This document shows, piece by piece, positions 37,390 through 57,109 of a stretch of DNA of 64,000 nucleotides; position 1 is the first letter of the stretch, and each line of letters begins with the position of its first letter. The translations under genes and the position numbers were made by a program. The stretch comes from Sphagnum compactum (Eukaryota), in assembly GCA_965153455.1 (NCBI GenBank), contig OZ234493.1:21442213-21506212 (forward strand). The letters run 5' to 3'. Under the pieces are notes generated by a model that was not told where the DNA came from, did no database searches, and worked only from the letters and a program-made list of their open reading frames with translations.

Positions 37390-38450
37390 TTCAAGTGTCA
37401 AATACTAATAATACACTCAATGTATTACTTACACATTTCGATTAAATTAATCAACTTTTGATTTTACCCATACATTTTGAAATGGGTAACCTCTTATCCA
37501 TTTATTTTGAAAAAATTCCCCCTCTTTTTATGTTTAGACATGTTGAAAAAAATTTAGTGTATTAATAACATATGGTTAGTAATAGTTAATTATAATGTAA
37601 AAACTACTAGTAAATGTATATTAGGTGTCAAATTTTCATATGTAAAGTTTATTTCTCAAGTAAAATATGTTTATAATACATTCAATGTATTGCTCACACC
37701 ACATGTTAGCAACCTTATGGTGCATTTCGATTAAATTAATTCTTTTTTTAATTTTACCTGTACACTTGAAACGTGGCAACCTCTTGTCCATTTATTTTGA
37801 AAAATTTTCCACTCTTTCTATGTTTAGACAAGTTGAAATTTTTTTAGTGTATCATTAATTAGTAATAATCAAAAAATGATTGTAAATGTATATAAGGTGT
37901 CAAATTTTCATATGTAAGGTTTATTTCCCAAGTGTGAAAATATGTTTATGGTATATTCAATGTATTACTCACATCACATCTTGATAGCACATTAATGATT
38001 TTTTACAAAATTAACAATTGTTTTAGTTTACTTACAAACTTGGAAATGTGACAACCTCTTATCCATCTATTTTGAAAAATTCCTATTCTTTTTATGTTTA
38101 GAGGAGGTTGAAAATGCCTTAGTGTATTAGTTGATCATTAATATATCAACACATTATTAATGTATCAATAAAGTTTAGTGTATTAGTGACATATGGTTAA
38201 TAATAATGAGTTGTAATCAAAAAATGATTGTAAATGTATACTAAGTGTCAAAATTTCATATGTAAGGTTTATTTCTCAAGTGTGAAAATATGTTTATGAG
38301 ACATTCAATGTACTGTTCACACCATGTGTCAATAATAAATTGGTGGTTTGATATTAAATTAACAGTTATTTTACCTTACCCATAAACTTGGAAATTTGAT
38401 AATATTTTATCCATGTATTTTCAAAATTTAAGGTACCGATATTTTTTGAT
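37390..38450. repeat. AT-rich tandem array, ~270-350 bp units (3-4 copies)
   Basis: aaatgtata.t(a)agtgtcaaa.tttcatatgtaa.gtttatttc.caagt occurs at ~37612, 37884 and 38232, and aacctctt.tccatt.attttgaaaaattcc at ~37489, 37778 and 38053. Confidence 0.85.
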
Positions 38451-41072
38451 ACACTAACAATTATAATATAGTAAATAAGCATTTAGATAATTATCTATAA
38501 AACTTTTAATCCATGTAGTCATTTTCAAAATTTCCCTTCCCTTCCTTACACGATACATATGTACCATAGGATTTATGTTGACGATATAACGCGATGCATG
38601 ATGACATATTGCATAAGGAAAAATGATACATTGAAACATTGCCATTTCAATATGCAACAAAATAAAATAAAAATTATCAGTACTCCCTAGAATATTTATT
38701 GGTAGATAAAGAACGATTTTACTAACAATTATTCTATTTTCACGCACATGCACACATTTTCACTCTTGGGTAGGATGCCCAAGACTTTAAAAAGGTACTA
38801 CTAATGTAGGCACTTGGTAGGCACCTGCCATCAAAACCTAGTGATCATTTTATGCTGGGGGCACACACATGCCAGGTAGGTTCTACTATTGATATCATAG
38901 GAAAGGTGGGGTTCATGAAGATCACTACCCATGACATGTGTATTATTGTAAGCATGATGTCACCATTCCTTGTTATGAGAAAATACAAAACATGTACTAA
39001 TTAGTTTTGGAACCCAACTTGTGATTCCAGTGCCCATCCACAATGTTTGTAATAAGGGATGTGGAAACATCTCTATGATATGTTTGGGGGGACTATGGAT
39101 CATTTGTATGTGTCAACCTAAAAACCATACTCATGCATTTGTCATGGTCAAAGCAATGAGTTTAGTAGGATGTGGTTGGAATGGTATGATGCACCATATC
39201 ATTCATGGAAAGTTGGATAGGTGGTGCAATGAAAGGAATCTTGGTAAACAATGGACTAGAATGCTTGGAGGAGTTAAATTTATTTCCCTACATTTCAATG
39301 TTAAGTGGACTAACTAATGAAATGTAAAAATGTAAAAAAAATCATTAAATAATAATTTATAAAATTATTGGTTAAAAACTCCATCTAATAATAGTGACTT
39401 GTACCATTTTTGGTTGGACTTGTGCACTCATGGTGGTGTGGCATTAGATAGCACAAGCTAATTGGGATTCACTTCTAGCCTACCACAATGATTTGGGTAG
39501 TGGATTGGACCCACATTTTGTACTAGTAAACTTTGGTGCAAGGCTAGATTACATGGGTGGGTCCTTCATGATTTCTTTTGAAGGTTCAAAGTTTTGTCAC
39601 AATGCTTGATAGAAGCATCTCCCTTTCAAAATTGGCACATGCACAATCTTGCTCATGTACGTAATGAATATTTTGAGATTTTTATTACTTGTTCTTTATA
39701 TGACATTCTCCAAATCGAATCTTCATTTTTCCATGGCTTTTAGTTTATTTGCATATCCATGAAAAAAATTGTTCCTAACTTTGTTGGTAGTGAGAATGAC
39801 TTGTCAAAGCGTTAGGCTTTAATGGTTAAAAAATGCACGGTGAAAAGATGGCCCCCAAAATTCCCGTCCCAAAATCAATGATGGACATTTGTCATCTATG
39901 TCCCATAGTTTGTGCCCGTACCATTAGCCCAAGCCAAAAAAAATGGTGACAAGGAGTTTTGGAAATAAAAGTTTCATGCAGCCAATGAGAAGGCTTATTG
40001 TGCACTCTTGAGGGGTCAAGTTTTTGTCTTTTGGGAGAAGATGCAAGGGGGCAAGGGGATTTTTTTTCCCCTCTTATTCCCAATGTGTTCCCATGGGGTT
40101 TTCGAAGAGTTCCTCAAATTTTCAAGTTGTTCCCCAAGATGTTCCCCATAGCACCTCAGTTTTATCCCTTATGGTTTGCCAAAAATATCAACTCCCATGC
40201 ATATAGACTGAAAAGCTGGGCCATAAGGGAGCACATTTGTTTCTATTTTGAGACTTGGGGTCCAAAGAATCACTTCAATTGGGGAGTGCCCAATGTTCAA
40301 ATTTTGTTGGATGATGGGCTAATCAACATGGCCCCTTCCCCAAAAAAAAAAAAGAGAAAAAAAAAGGTGTGAGTGCACCCATGATAATACAAATCACACT
40401 ATGTCCCACAGACAATAAGGGGTGTGTACAATTGCATCATCACGTATGAGACAAAAGAATAAAATTTTGGACAAAAGATATGAGACAAAATATATGGTGC
40501 TATTGGGAACAACTGATTATTCTCGGGTCTAAGAGTTAGTTAATTTGTTTGATGTGTGAGTTCTTAGATTTCATGGTCTTTCATAATCTAGGAGATGGAG
40601 TTATTTAAAAAGCCTCTATGAAGCTCCAAGCTCTTAGGGGTTTGTATGGTGAAACAAGGATCCTAATATTAGGCCATTGCCCATAGTGTGTCGGCATTAA
40701 AATAATTTAAAATTATCTTTTAATTGTAATCATGCATTCTCAAACAAATTGAACAGATATAGAGGTCCAAACTACTCTAGGGCTCAGTTCAAGGTGACGC
40801 AAAATCATCAATAAAACAAAGCACCCAACAAAGGGGTAGAAAAAGATACAATATGGAAGGACCCAAATCTTAACAAATGAAGAATCCTTTAAAAAAAAAG
40901 AAAGAAAAACAAGGGAGGAGAACCGCTAGGGGAACGGGAACAAATCAAGCACCCAAACCTCCCACGAGGTAGGCCGCAAGGTCCTCTCGTGACGTAGGCC
41001 ACAACTCCACAATGAAAAAAAGAGACTCTGAATTTTCCATCGCCTCTAATTTCGTAACGAGTAGGCTATCAC

Positions 41073-41092
41073 TATAAATTAATTTAGGGTTT
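41073..41092 (+). promoter_or_regulatory. Putative TATA box plus telo-box upstream of the GRIK leader
   Basis: TATAAA at 41073-41078 and TTTAGGGTTT at 41083-41092 start a CpG-retaining, CT-rich region. Confidence 0.4.
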
Positions 41093-41527
41093 GTTGCTTG
41101 CAAGTTTCTTCCGGTCTTCTTTGTCTTTCTTACGCTTTCGTGGGTGTTGCGTTTTGTTGGGGTGCAACCTGTTTCAGAAATGTTTGCAGAGGGCTGATGA
41201 ATTTCTCCACGCGCTATGTCGTTAGGCACAATCTCTCACTTATCATCGTCGCAGCATTCAAGAAGAAGTCGCTGCCTGGAGTGGGATTGTTTTTTTTTTT
41301 TCCCGGCCCTGGGGGTGTTTCCACAATCACCTCTTAGGAGAAGCATGCAATTCTCGTAGTGGCATACAGCAGGAATGGTCTGAGGTGCTTTCTCTACTTG
41401 GGGACGGATTCGATTCAAATGAGTGCAATTCTTATGGAAACAAACGTGTATAGAAGTTCTGGCGATGGGAAGTTTTCATATCTATGAAATATATACTGGC
41501 TTGCAGTTGCTTGAAACTCCTGGTTGC

Positions 41528-41530
<3 letters not shown>

Positions 41531-41583
<53 letters not shown>
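41531..41583. repeat. (AG)n microsatellite / GAGA element in the GRIK 5' region
   Basis: About 26 AG units, read directly. Confidence 0.95.
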
Positions 41584-41586
<3 letters not shown>

Positions 41587-42241
41587 GTAAGGCAAAATCC
41601 TGGGGAAGTTGTGGAAAGGCGAAAACTTTGTTGTGTATAAGCTTTTTTCTGTGTTGCATGTTTCACAGTTCGAGTGGTAGAGTTTCTGCCGCAGACGCAA
41701 CTTTAGGCATTATCGCGTATTACTACGAGCATAGTTCTTTTTCTAGGGTTTTTTCTCCTTGTTTGTGAGGGATTCTCAACTATTGCAGGCTTTTAAAGAA
41801 GCCCAAATTGAGCTGCATATTTAGATCCTTTTGTCACAGGCATGTTTAGATCCAGGGTCACATACTGAGCACCGCTGGAGCTGTTCTTAGTCTGCCGGGC
41901 GTCACAAACCAAGAGCCCTCTCCAAGATTGAACTAATCTCCAGAACATCCCTTTTTGAAATGTATGCCATTATGCTGAGCATGTCTTTTGCATCTGCTGC
42001 AGGTATTCTGAGTGCATTTTTTTTGCAGAGCTGCAAGCTTCTGTGTTCATTAAGAATCCAGCACAGTTCAGATCTGATCTTGGTTGTCAACTGTTAGGAT
42101 TTATTTTGTACTGTCCAGGCAAAAACAGATTTTGTGAGGCTATATTTTAGACATCAGCTTCTTCATCATAGTCGTTTCTAGCCGGCAGTGAATGACATTC
42201 ACAATCACACTTGTACACATTGCTTCCACCCTTGGAAATAC

Positions 42242-48214
<5,973 letters not shown>

Positions 48215-51200
48215 TAGACAGGTAAGTTATCTAGGTCTGCAAAAGCTCATTCTTGAGAAAGTGGTGCCTGATATTTGGAACTACTTAATGTTGTGAGTGC
48301 TAGAATCTTGACTTCCCATTTATGAGTGCAAGGGAAATATTGAAATATTAAAGCTCTGAAAGCAACAGGAAGCCTGGGGAAAAGTAGCTTCTCTGGATCA
48401 AGTTGAGCAGTATATTGCCTGCATTCTAGTAGGATTTGATTGTGACTTTGTGATGCAAACAAAGGGTTGTGTATAGTGTAGGTGCTCAAGGTTGGGAGCA
48501 TCTGAAATCATGCAAATGCAAGTATTTTGCAGAAAGTTTGTACTAAATGCAGTGAGCCTTAGAATCTCAACTTTTTCTGAATTTTGTAGTTGCAGAATTT
48601 TCATTCTTGAACTCAAAAAGAAGGAAACTCTGAGATTTTATTATGTTATTAAGTCTGAATCAATTATTGTGGAATGCTCCTTTTAAACAATTGCCTGCAA
48701 ACTGGAAGAATCTGATCCTGTTTTTCAGCTTTCTTATGTAGTGATGTCTTGTCAGTTCACTGGTAAGCAAACCAGGAAACTTCCCTTGTTTGATGATGCT
48801 GACTCCAGGAATTTGCAGTAGTACTGCAGGGATCTGAAGGATTGAATGAGAGATCCATTCATGAAGTGGGCACGCTAAAACATGCTTAGCACAAAATCAG
48901 GTGCCTGTCAACTCTGTACCTGTATAGAGCAGAGTTCAAAAGTGCAGTTTACCTTTGTAGTGTGTTGTTTTCCATCTGAATAATCTTGAGATTATTCTGT
49001 GATGACCCCCTCTTGTATTTGCTACTTGGTTGGACTTGATTATGCATTGGTCCCTTTTGATTGACAGCATTGCACAATAGAGCCTAGTGAACAACTCTGA
49101 CAAGTCTTGCTTTGTGTCCAGCATGTGAATAGAGTCTTCTTATAAACTTGACAAGATGTCAGGTCCAAGTTCTTGTGCCATGCATTCATACTGCTTAGCT
49201 TCATCCATGGTGTCTTTTATGGGTGATTTTAAAAAATTTATTGTTCTTGTGAAGAGAGCATATAAAGTCTTCTCCTTGTGTGCATTTGTCTTCCATATAC
49301 TTTTTGGAAGGCTCTGCAAGGTGATTCAGTTTTGAGTTATTCTACTAAATTGACTTTCCAGCAGTTAGGGAAAGAAATGGATTATCAAATTACTCAGGAT
49401 ATACTATGCCCAAAAGCACTCCCTCCATGGGCTCTTCAAACTACTTGATATGTGGGTTGAAATGTTCCTGGAGTATGCATGGAAAGGAGAGGACTGTGAA
49501 ACAACTCAGGGTGCTGTAGATCCCTGTTCAAGTAATACCAGTTCAAAAGTAAGAGTTCTCCAGGTGGTGCAGTTTTGACTCATTCTCCTGAAGTGAGAGA
49601 AGCGTGATGTGGTCATTACAGTAATGAATATCAGGCTACAGTGAATGGATGTCTGTACGATTTCAATGTGTGACATAATTGTCATTACAATGAGTTTTAA
49701 TTCTTTGTTTGGGTAATGTCCTTTGTGTTTGATAGGAGCTGCTGGGCCCGCCATCAAACCAACGGTGGAGGCCTCAACAAAATTGGACATAGGACCACCA
49801 GCTGGTCATCACCTAACTTTCCTGCTGGAGCATCAGTTGCTTGCTTGTGGGCTGCAGTGTGAAGACTTGTAGTAGCTGCTGAAAGTAGTTTCCCAGATTT
49901 GGCTCATGCAGAGCAGTTTTCAATGGTCTCAGTACCTTGTGGTTTGTACATAAAATGGCCAGATTTCACCAGTGCCAATAAATTAAGAACCTCTTTGATA
50001 TGTCATACAATTTGCTAGCAGATTGAGATTGTCAGTTAGATCCCTGAGTGCTTACAGAGGTATCCTTGTGTTATTTTGTGTTCAATCCCACCTTGTTGAA
50101 AATTGGATTCAAAGGTTTAGTTTGACATAAATTTAGACAAGCACATTTTGTGACAAATTCTCCCAAAATGGTTCATGGAACCACGAAGCAAAAGGACAGT
50201 TTTTGAGGTAGTTGATTATCTAGAGGACAGCCTTTTGAGGTCAGGTCGGACTCATCCTGCACAAACTCAGCCCTGCTATACAAAACCAAAGAATGTTGGC
50301 CTTTCTTTGTTTTTTTGAGCCCCATGTTCTGTATCAAGATGCCCAGGATTTATCAATTGAGTTTAGGAATGATTTCTATCAATTAATACAAATTTCTTTA
50401 CGTTATTAAGTTTGGAGCAAGATGACTCTGCATGAGCTTGGGGTGCAGTGTTCCACCATTGGACAAGGCCAAATCTGATTCAGGGTTGGTAGACACTGAT
50501 GGGCATGTTGGAGCCTCTAGTCTGGCCAGTTTTGAGACTGAAGTTTTTGCCAATTCATATCTTTGGCATTTTTGGCATTTTAGGTTTGTTAAGTCATACC
50601 CAGGTGGTTGCAGCATTTTTTATTGTGGTGGTGTTTTTCCATTTTGAGGAAAAAAAAATGCCCCATCAACATTAGCAAAGGATTTTTTTGAAAAAAAAAC
50701 CCTAATCTGCTAGATTTTGAATTTTTTTAAAGAAAAAACCAGATTTCTACCTTAGGCTCTAGTAGGTTGCCACAATATAGAAGGATTCTGATAAAAATTT
50801 ACTGTGAGATCTGCTATGTACCCAACTGTGGCGAAGTCTTGTTATTAATGATTGTCACTCTGGCAACATTGAAAAATTGAAAAAGATTAAAAATCACTGG
50901 GTGGTTGAACACTTGTAATGTGCATTACAACTTGTGTACAACTTGGAGCTAATGAAAGTTAGTAAGTTGTAAAACATAAGGTGTTGTAATACTTGTTATT
51001 GGCAATGGTTCTTGAACAAGTGTGAGATTGTCACTGCTCTTCATACTGCTAGTTCTATTCTTTCTTTAGATGGTTGTAATTCTTCTCTTCTCAATCTTCA
51101 ATGCGTAGAGCATCTCCACCACAAACCATCAAATTCCCTCTGCAAAATCAAGAGTGGACAGACTTATGACAGTTTGGAGCTATGGTGCCCTAATGCCACA

Positions 51201-54200
51201 ACCTCATGCCACAAAGCTCAGTAAACAAAACCGAAAAAACTGTCTAAACACAGCTTTGATCTCAAAGACCCAAGTTGTAATGCGCATTGGGGTTAGGCTC
51301 AACCTCATTCTGCCCTTCCTCCATCTAGTTCTCAGCCAATATTCACCGCGTATCCTTGGCACCTTCCGAATTCTCCTACAATTCTTGAAGCTCCTAAGTG
51401 GGGCTAAAGAAGCTACCACCACTGATAGTTCCTCACATAACAAGAATCATGACAAAATCACACAAGATTGTCACCTTCACATTGTTGAGTGTCTTTTGCA
51501 ACTATTTCTCTTTACATGTCACAAAAGATTGGTTCCAACTCCTCACATTAGGGAACCCTCACTACCTCTCTCATGTTGCCTATCTCTCTTGTTGTTGTTA
51601 CTACTAAGAGCCCCTCTTCAAGCCACAAAACATAAGAAAATCTCATGTGGAAATAATGTGCAAAACCCATAGACTTAAAACACAACACCCACAACAACTT
51701 CTTTGCCATTGCTGAGTACACACATATTGTTAACACCTCTTCTGACATTTTGAATCATGAGCAATCTAATAGTGCTAGGACTATAAACGAAACACATGAC
51801 TTACCTGCTTGCTCATGACTCACAAATCAGCGAAGCAAAAAAGTTGCACCATAGAGGATCCACACATTCACATTGCTCTCTGCTCACTCACAAAACTCAC
51901 AAAATAGACAAAGAAAAACAAAAACATGTGGCTCATGAAGTTGGGGCAATAGGTGACAGTGGTACCATGAATGTTGTTGTTGGAGTGGGGAAGAAAAAAG
52001 GTAGCCCGTGAATGAAATATTGATGATGAGGGTGTTATAGTGCGGTCCATTGCAGTAGGGATTGCAATGCCACTTCTTTCCTTAGGTTGCTGTTGTAAGG
52101 ACATTTAAGTCATAGCGGTGGAGATGTTTATAATGGGGAGTTGTTCTTTGACTTAAAGGGGAAAAGAAAATTTGCTTGGTCCTGACTCTTCAATTTTGCG
52201 TATGAAGATTTCTTGATACATATGAAACTTATTTCTTTATGTGTTCAGTATGGACCATGACACCCTTGGGGACAATTTGGCTGAATTGATGAACAAATTT
52301 TTGTGACTAGAAAAGGCTTCTTCAATGGTTAGTGGTGACTAATTTACTAGAGTTGGGCTTGTGTGGGTTTTACCAGAATAATGGCTCATGTGTGGCAGAG
52401 TTGAGTGTGGGTTTGATTCCAGCAAAACCCATGGTAGCTTGGGCTTTACCAAACAAGGGATTGGTAAAAACTTGTGCAATTCTTTTTCTTGTGATACCCC
52501 CTAGGTATAGAGGAAAATAAAAGGGGGTGGGGTTTCAAGAAATAGAACAATTGCCACCATGGGCATTCCATTTTTTGAAATGCTCAATGAGCAACACAGA
52601 AGAAAAAATGCATTCTATAAGCTGCTCTCCAATTACAATAGAAAACTTAGCATAGGTCTTTAAATCATTTGTGGTGTTTGAAATCTAGGAGGAGGGCCTA
52701 TGGTAAGAACATTCCAAAATTCAAGGTACCTATCACAAGGCAAGTACCCAGTTAGACAATGGAAGGTTTTGAAAATCTCTAAAGGTTCAAAGGGTGGGCA
52801 CTTCTATTTTTAAGCCTATTGGATTTGGTTTCTTTATGATTGGTCCTTTTCAAATAAGTGGAAGGTAATGCCTAATGAGTTGGGTGTTTACCCTTTGAGT
52901 AAATTAGCATTGACAATTTTTTTTCCCCATGATCCTTAGTGGGTTTTTGTTGGGAAAAAAAGGAGGAGGAACATTTCAAAGAACAAATTGCCATCTCTAG
53001 CAAGTGTTTCATTTTTCAAAATGTTTTGCCTTTTGTGAAGGACTTGCGGAGGAAAATTTTCATTTGATAATGTACTCTTCAAATACATTAATAATATTTG
53101 TTGACACTACTTTTACAATCTCTGACAAACATTGATTTGAAAGTGTTGATTCACCTTGACCATGCATTTTCTACATGTCAAATATGTCAAGTCTATTTGT
53201 GAATTGACTGCAACAACTTCATGTGATTTTTTTTGGGTTAATTTTTTTTCTTATTACATTTTTTTTGTTGTGGTTTGGCTTTAAAAGTTCAATAATTAGT
53301 TTTCTCATGATCGTTCAAAGAATTCCTTTATAATTTATGTGCGGGATTGTATACATGAAATAGAAAAATATGAAATTAACTTTATGAAGTACTATGGAAT
53401 GGCCCTTAGTATGATGAGCCTAGAGCAATAGGGCCCATTCCATCTAGGAATAGGGACAACTTGATACAATGAGCCATTGTTCCCTTGAGAGGTAGGGGTT
53501 TTGCCAAGATTTGTACTAGAACAATTTACTAGTTTTCCCCATATTTGAATCATATTTCAAACACATTCTCCACTATTAAAACTGCAATCAAAATGGAACC
53601 AACATGTGGCTATCTATGCCATCTAAAGAGAAAAGTTGGAAACATGCTTGAATGCACACAATCAAACTATTTATGTTAATAGAACAAATGTTGGAAGAAA
53701 ACTTTGAAATCATTGTTTATTGTTATTATTGTTTAGTGGTGTTTATTGGTGGTATGATAATGATAAAAAATGGGACTTCGACACATTTTGATTGTAGTGT
53801 CAAATGTGGCATTAGAATTCTTGGCCATTTAGCCTAAGAACAGACTAAACTTGTGAAGGTTAACTTCAAATTAAATTCATACTAGCACATACATGTAGTT
53901 ACTCAAACTAAAGTCCCACACACAACACATGTATCATTCACAAATCACACATGGGTGAAAACACACTATGTACAATGAACAAAAAATGTTGTTACAAACA
54001 CTATTTTTCAAAATTGTGTGTGAACTCATAACAATATATTGCAAAATACAAATACATTCCAAAAGTCAAATTCAAACAATTGCTCAACTTGATCATGAAA
54101 TACCTATTCATATATTAAATACAACTTGATTATACCATTTCAATTCCATATGAAAGTTCCACTCATGTGCTTTCACAAAAAACATTGGACAAAGTTTTTT

Positions 54201-55159
54201 CATTCAAACGAATGGAAATGTTTGAAAAATTAAAAGATTGTTGAAATTTTTTCAAAACACTAGATAAAATGAGAGAAAAACTGCCCCAAAATTGCCCCAA
54301 AATATATATTTTAAGAAAAATCTTGTCACCAATTAAATACTTGAAAAATAAAATAAAATAATATATCAACCCCATTCATCTACATCTATTAAACATCATC
54401 ATTCATCTTCAAATCAATAATATTATGTCACATATTCACCTTCTAAACTTATTGTCCATTCTATGGATGCGTCATTAAATTATGTGGAATCTACTTTCAA
54501 TAAGATCTAGCTACATCCATAAAATTGATTTAAAAATATGCTTAACCCAAGCTAGTTTATTCAATAACTCATGAATCCAAGCTTAAGTCCATAGTCAAAA
54601 ACAATTCAAGCACAAGGCCTAGAAAGGTGTATTATTTATTTTTTATATTTACTCATCTTTTTACTCATTGGTTGTAATGTTATTATTTACAACTTCTATT
54701 CTTAGTAACCCATTTTGGTGTTATAGATCCTATAAATTGAAAGCAAACTATGCAATATTTGTGGATGTGAGGCCTATTTGATTTTTAAAATGTCAAATGA
54801 AGGCCCGTATACATATATTGTGTTGCCCATTTTTTAATAGTAAAATGGGTGGACTTTAAACAATGCAATTTTAGTGTTTTTAACTTTTATTATGAATCTT
54901 CAATTCCAAGGTTTAAACTTTTTTTAAAAAAGGTTCGGCTTTAGTTCCAATTCCACACATGAATGGAACTTGGAATCCAAGTCTAGATTTGGTTTTTCAT
55001 TTTTTAATTTAGATTTTCAAAATCAAATTCAATCTTGGTTTGGTTATTGGTAACCTAGATCAAAAGTGGTGATTAATTATCCCTTAACCTTTAGTTAGCC
55101 TTTAATTCTAGTTTGTTTTCAAAAAAATTTGATTTTGGTTTTGGTTTGGGTTTTGTTTT

Positions 55160-55830
55160 CACATATAAATGGAATTGAGAACCTAGTTCCAATTCTAGTT
55201 ATAGTCCCAAAACCATATCAAAAATAAAACTTGATTCTAGTTTGGTTTATACTAGCTGAAATTAAAATTGGAGATTGTAACCCACCAAATTGGTTATTTG
55301 CTCAACATTTCCAATTTCCTTCTAGGTCACATTGTTACTTGTGGTGTTTCTACTACCTTTATATTTTTAAGGGTTAACTTCCTTTCTATTGTCTCAATTA
55401 TACCCTAAACCCTTTTAAGCCCACCCACCTTAGATCTATGACAATTCTTGCCCCATACAAATGAGCACAAGAGGGGATTTTTTTTCCCTACCCATGATAT
55501 TGACTTAGATTCCACCCATGGACCTTGCCACCTTTGATCCACTTTTCACACCCACTTCATATGAATTTTGTTACTTTTTGTCACTAATATTTCCTTCATG
55601 TTCATCTATGTGAATGAAATGCTAAATAAACACTAAAGAAAAACAAAAGGAACATTTGGTCTTTCCATGTTTAACACCCTTCAATCGATATGCATATGGA
55701 ATAAAGGTCTTTTTTATTCCACTTCAAATATTGTGGGAATGCCCCAATCCTTGGGCATTACCTTACACTTTTACTTTGGATTACTATCCATGGATGGGTG
55801 CATTCCCAAAGTTTCATGAGTATAGAAACG
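55160..55830 (+). repeat. Diverged ~650-bp direct repeat, copy 1 (copy 2 at ~63330-63980)
   Basis: Collinear shared blocks aaatggaattga.aacc, attctagtttggttt, gcacaagaggggattt, cccatgatatt, cacccatggac.ttgccac, ggaatgccccaatccttg..cattaccttacacttt and gggtgcattcccaaagt. Confidence 0.85.
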
Positions 55831-57109
55831 TTATATCATAATATCATGTAAAATTTATCCCATGTAAAGAAGATTGAGAAAATTTTGTGAAAACCATTTG
55901 ATTTCACACTTATATTCATAATGTTAGAAAACTTTGAAAATTGATTTGAAATACGAATTAAAAAATTCATAACATACATTTCTATGGTAATGGCATTCAC
56001 AAAAATATAATGACGAATTAATGTATTTTTTGCAAAATCAAACCATGAACATTTTATAATGGGATAGACAAGGGAACTAAGTACATTATGAAGGCCTTTG
56101 ATGACAACTTTATGAACAAAATGGCATTGAAATCCACACTATAATCACATTACCACAAAATATTAGTCAATCTTGCCATTTGGGCTCCCCATTCCAACAC
56201 CAAGGGGTTATCTGTCATCATTACCAAGAGCCCCACTTAATAAACAAAGAGATGGATAAGAGAGTAGCTATGATTTTTTAAGGTGATTAATGAGCAATCT
56301 TTGAATTTTTGTGAGCTCATTTCCATGGTGATCAAGATTCTCAAGTTTATTTCTAGTTTTTAATTGGGATTTATGAGTTTTATGTCAATTTTTCTTCCCT
56401 CCCCCCTTTCCTTCATCTCCCCCTTCTTTCTTTTTCCTCTTTTTCTAAATTCTACCATTTCTTGCCTTCATTTTAAGATTTTCAAATGTGCCTATTCCTT
56501 ACACTTTTAATCAGATTTTTTTTTTGACTTCATCAAGAGGCACAAAAAAAAGTTCAATTTCTTTTCCTTGTGCTTTTTATCCCCAATAATGGTGTTAGTC
56601 ATAACATAGCTTCTCAACTAGGTATTAATGAGCTTTTCCCCTTCTTAGCTATTTTGGATTTTTTAATCTGTCGTAAATCCTCGAAGAGTTGTTTTCATCA
56701 TCATTTTTTTATATCTACATCTACAAAACTTGAGATTTGGTTGTCAATCAAGGTAATGAAATGACAAAACTTATAAATCTTGACCATCTACATTATTCAA
56801 GGTTTTTTTCATCTTCCAATTATGGTGCCCCTTCAAGTTCCAATGAACTTTAAGTTTTTTTTTTTGAGTTTGTTGCATTCATAAATCCTTTTTAGTAACA
56901 ACCCACCCTATTTGTGTTTTCTCTTCCTTTGTGGATGATAGACATATAGTAGGTTTTGCATTAAATGTTTTTATTGCGTTTTTATGATTGTAAGAGGAGT
57001 TATTAGCATTAAGTTTTTTAGTGTAGCCAACGAAGTGTGTAGCTTGGTCTCTTTAGGGGTTGGACCATTCTATATCACTTCCTATTGGCTTTTTTACTCT
57101 CGACTCATG

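Noticed and set aside
49340-51800. Moderately GC-rich, exon-like patches downstream of GRIK (e.g. ORFs 50432-50647 and 51154-51672)
   Set aside because: All frames are broken by stops or lack recognisable motifs. Possibly decayed gene fragments, but they cannot be assigned without a database search.
53393-53457. Hairpin atggaatggccctta...tagggcccattccat followed by CTAG, considered as a Helitron end or pre-miRNA
   Set aside because: The loop size and spacing do not fit a Helitron terminus, and the stem is too short for a plant pre-miRNA.
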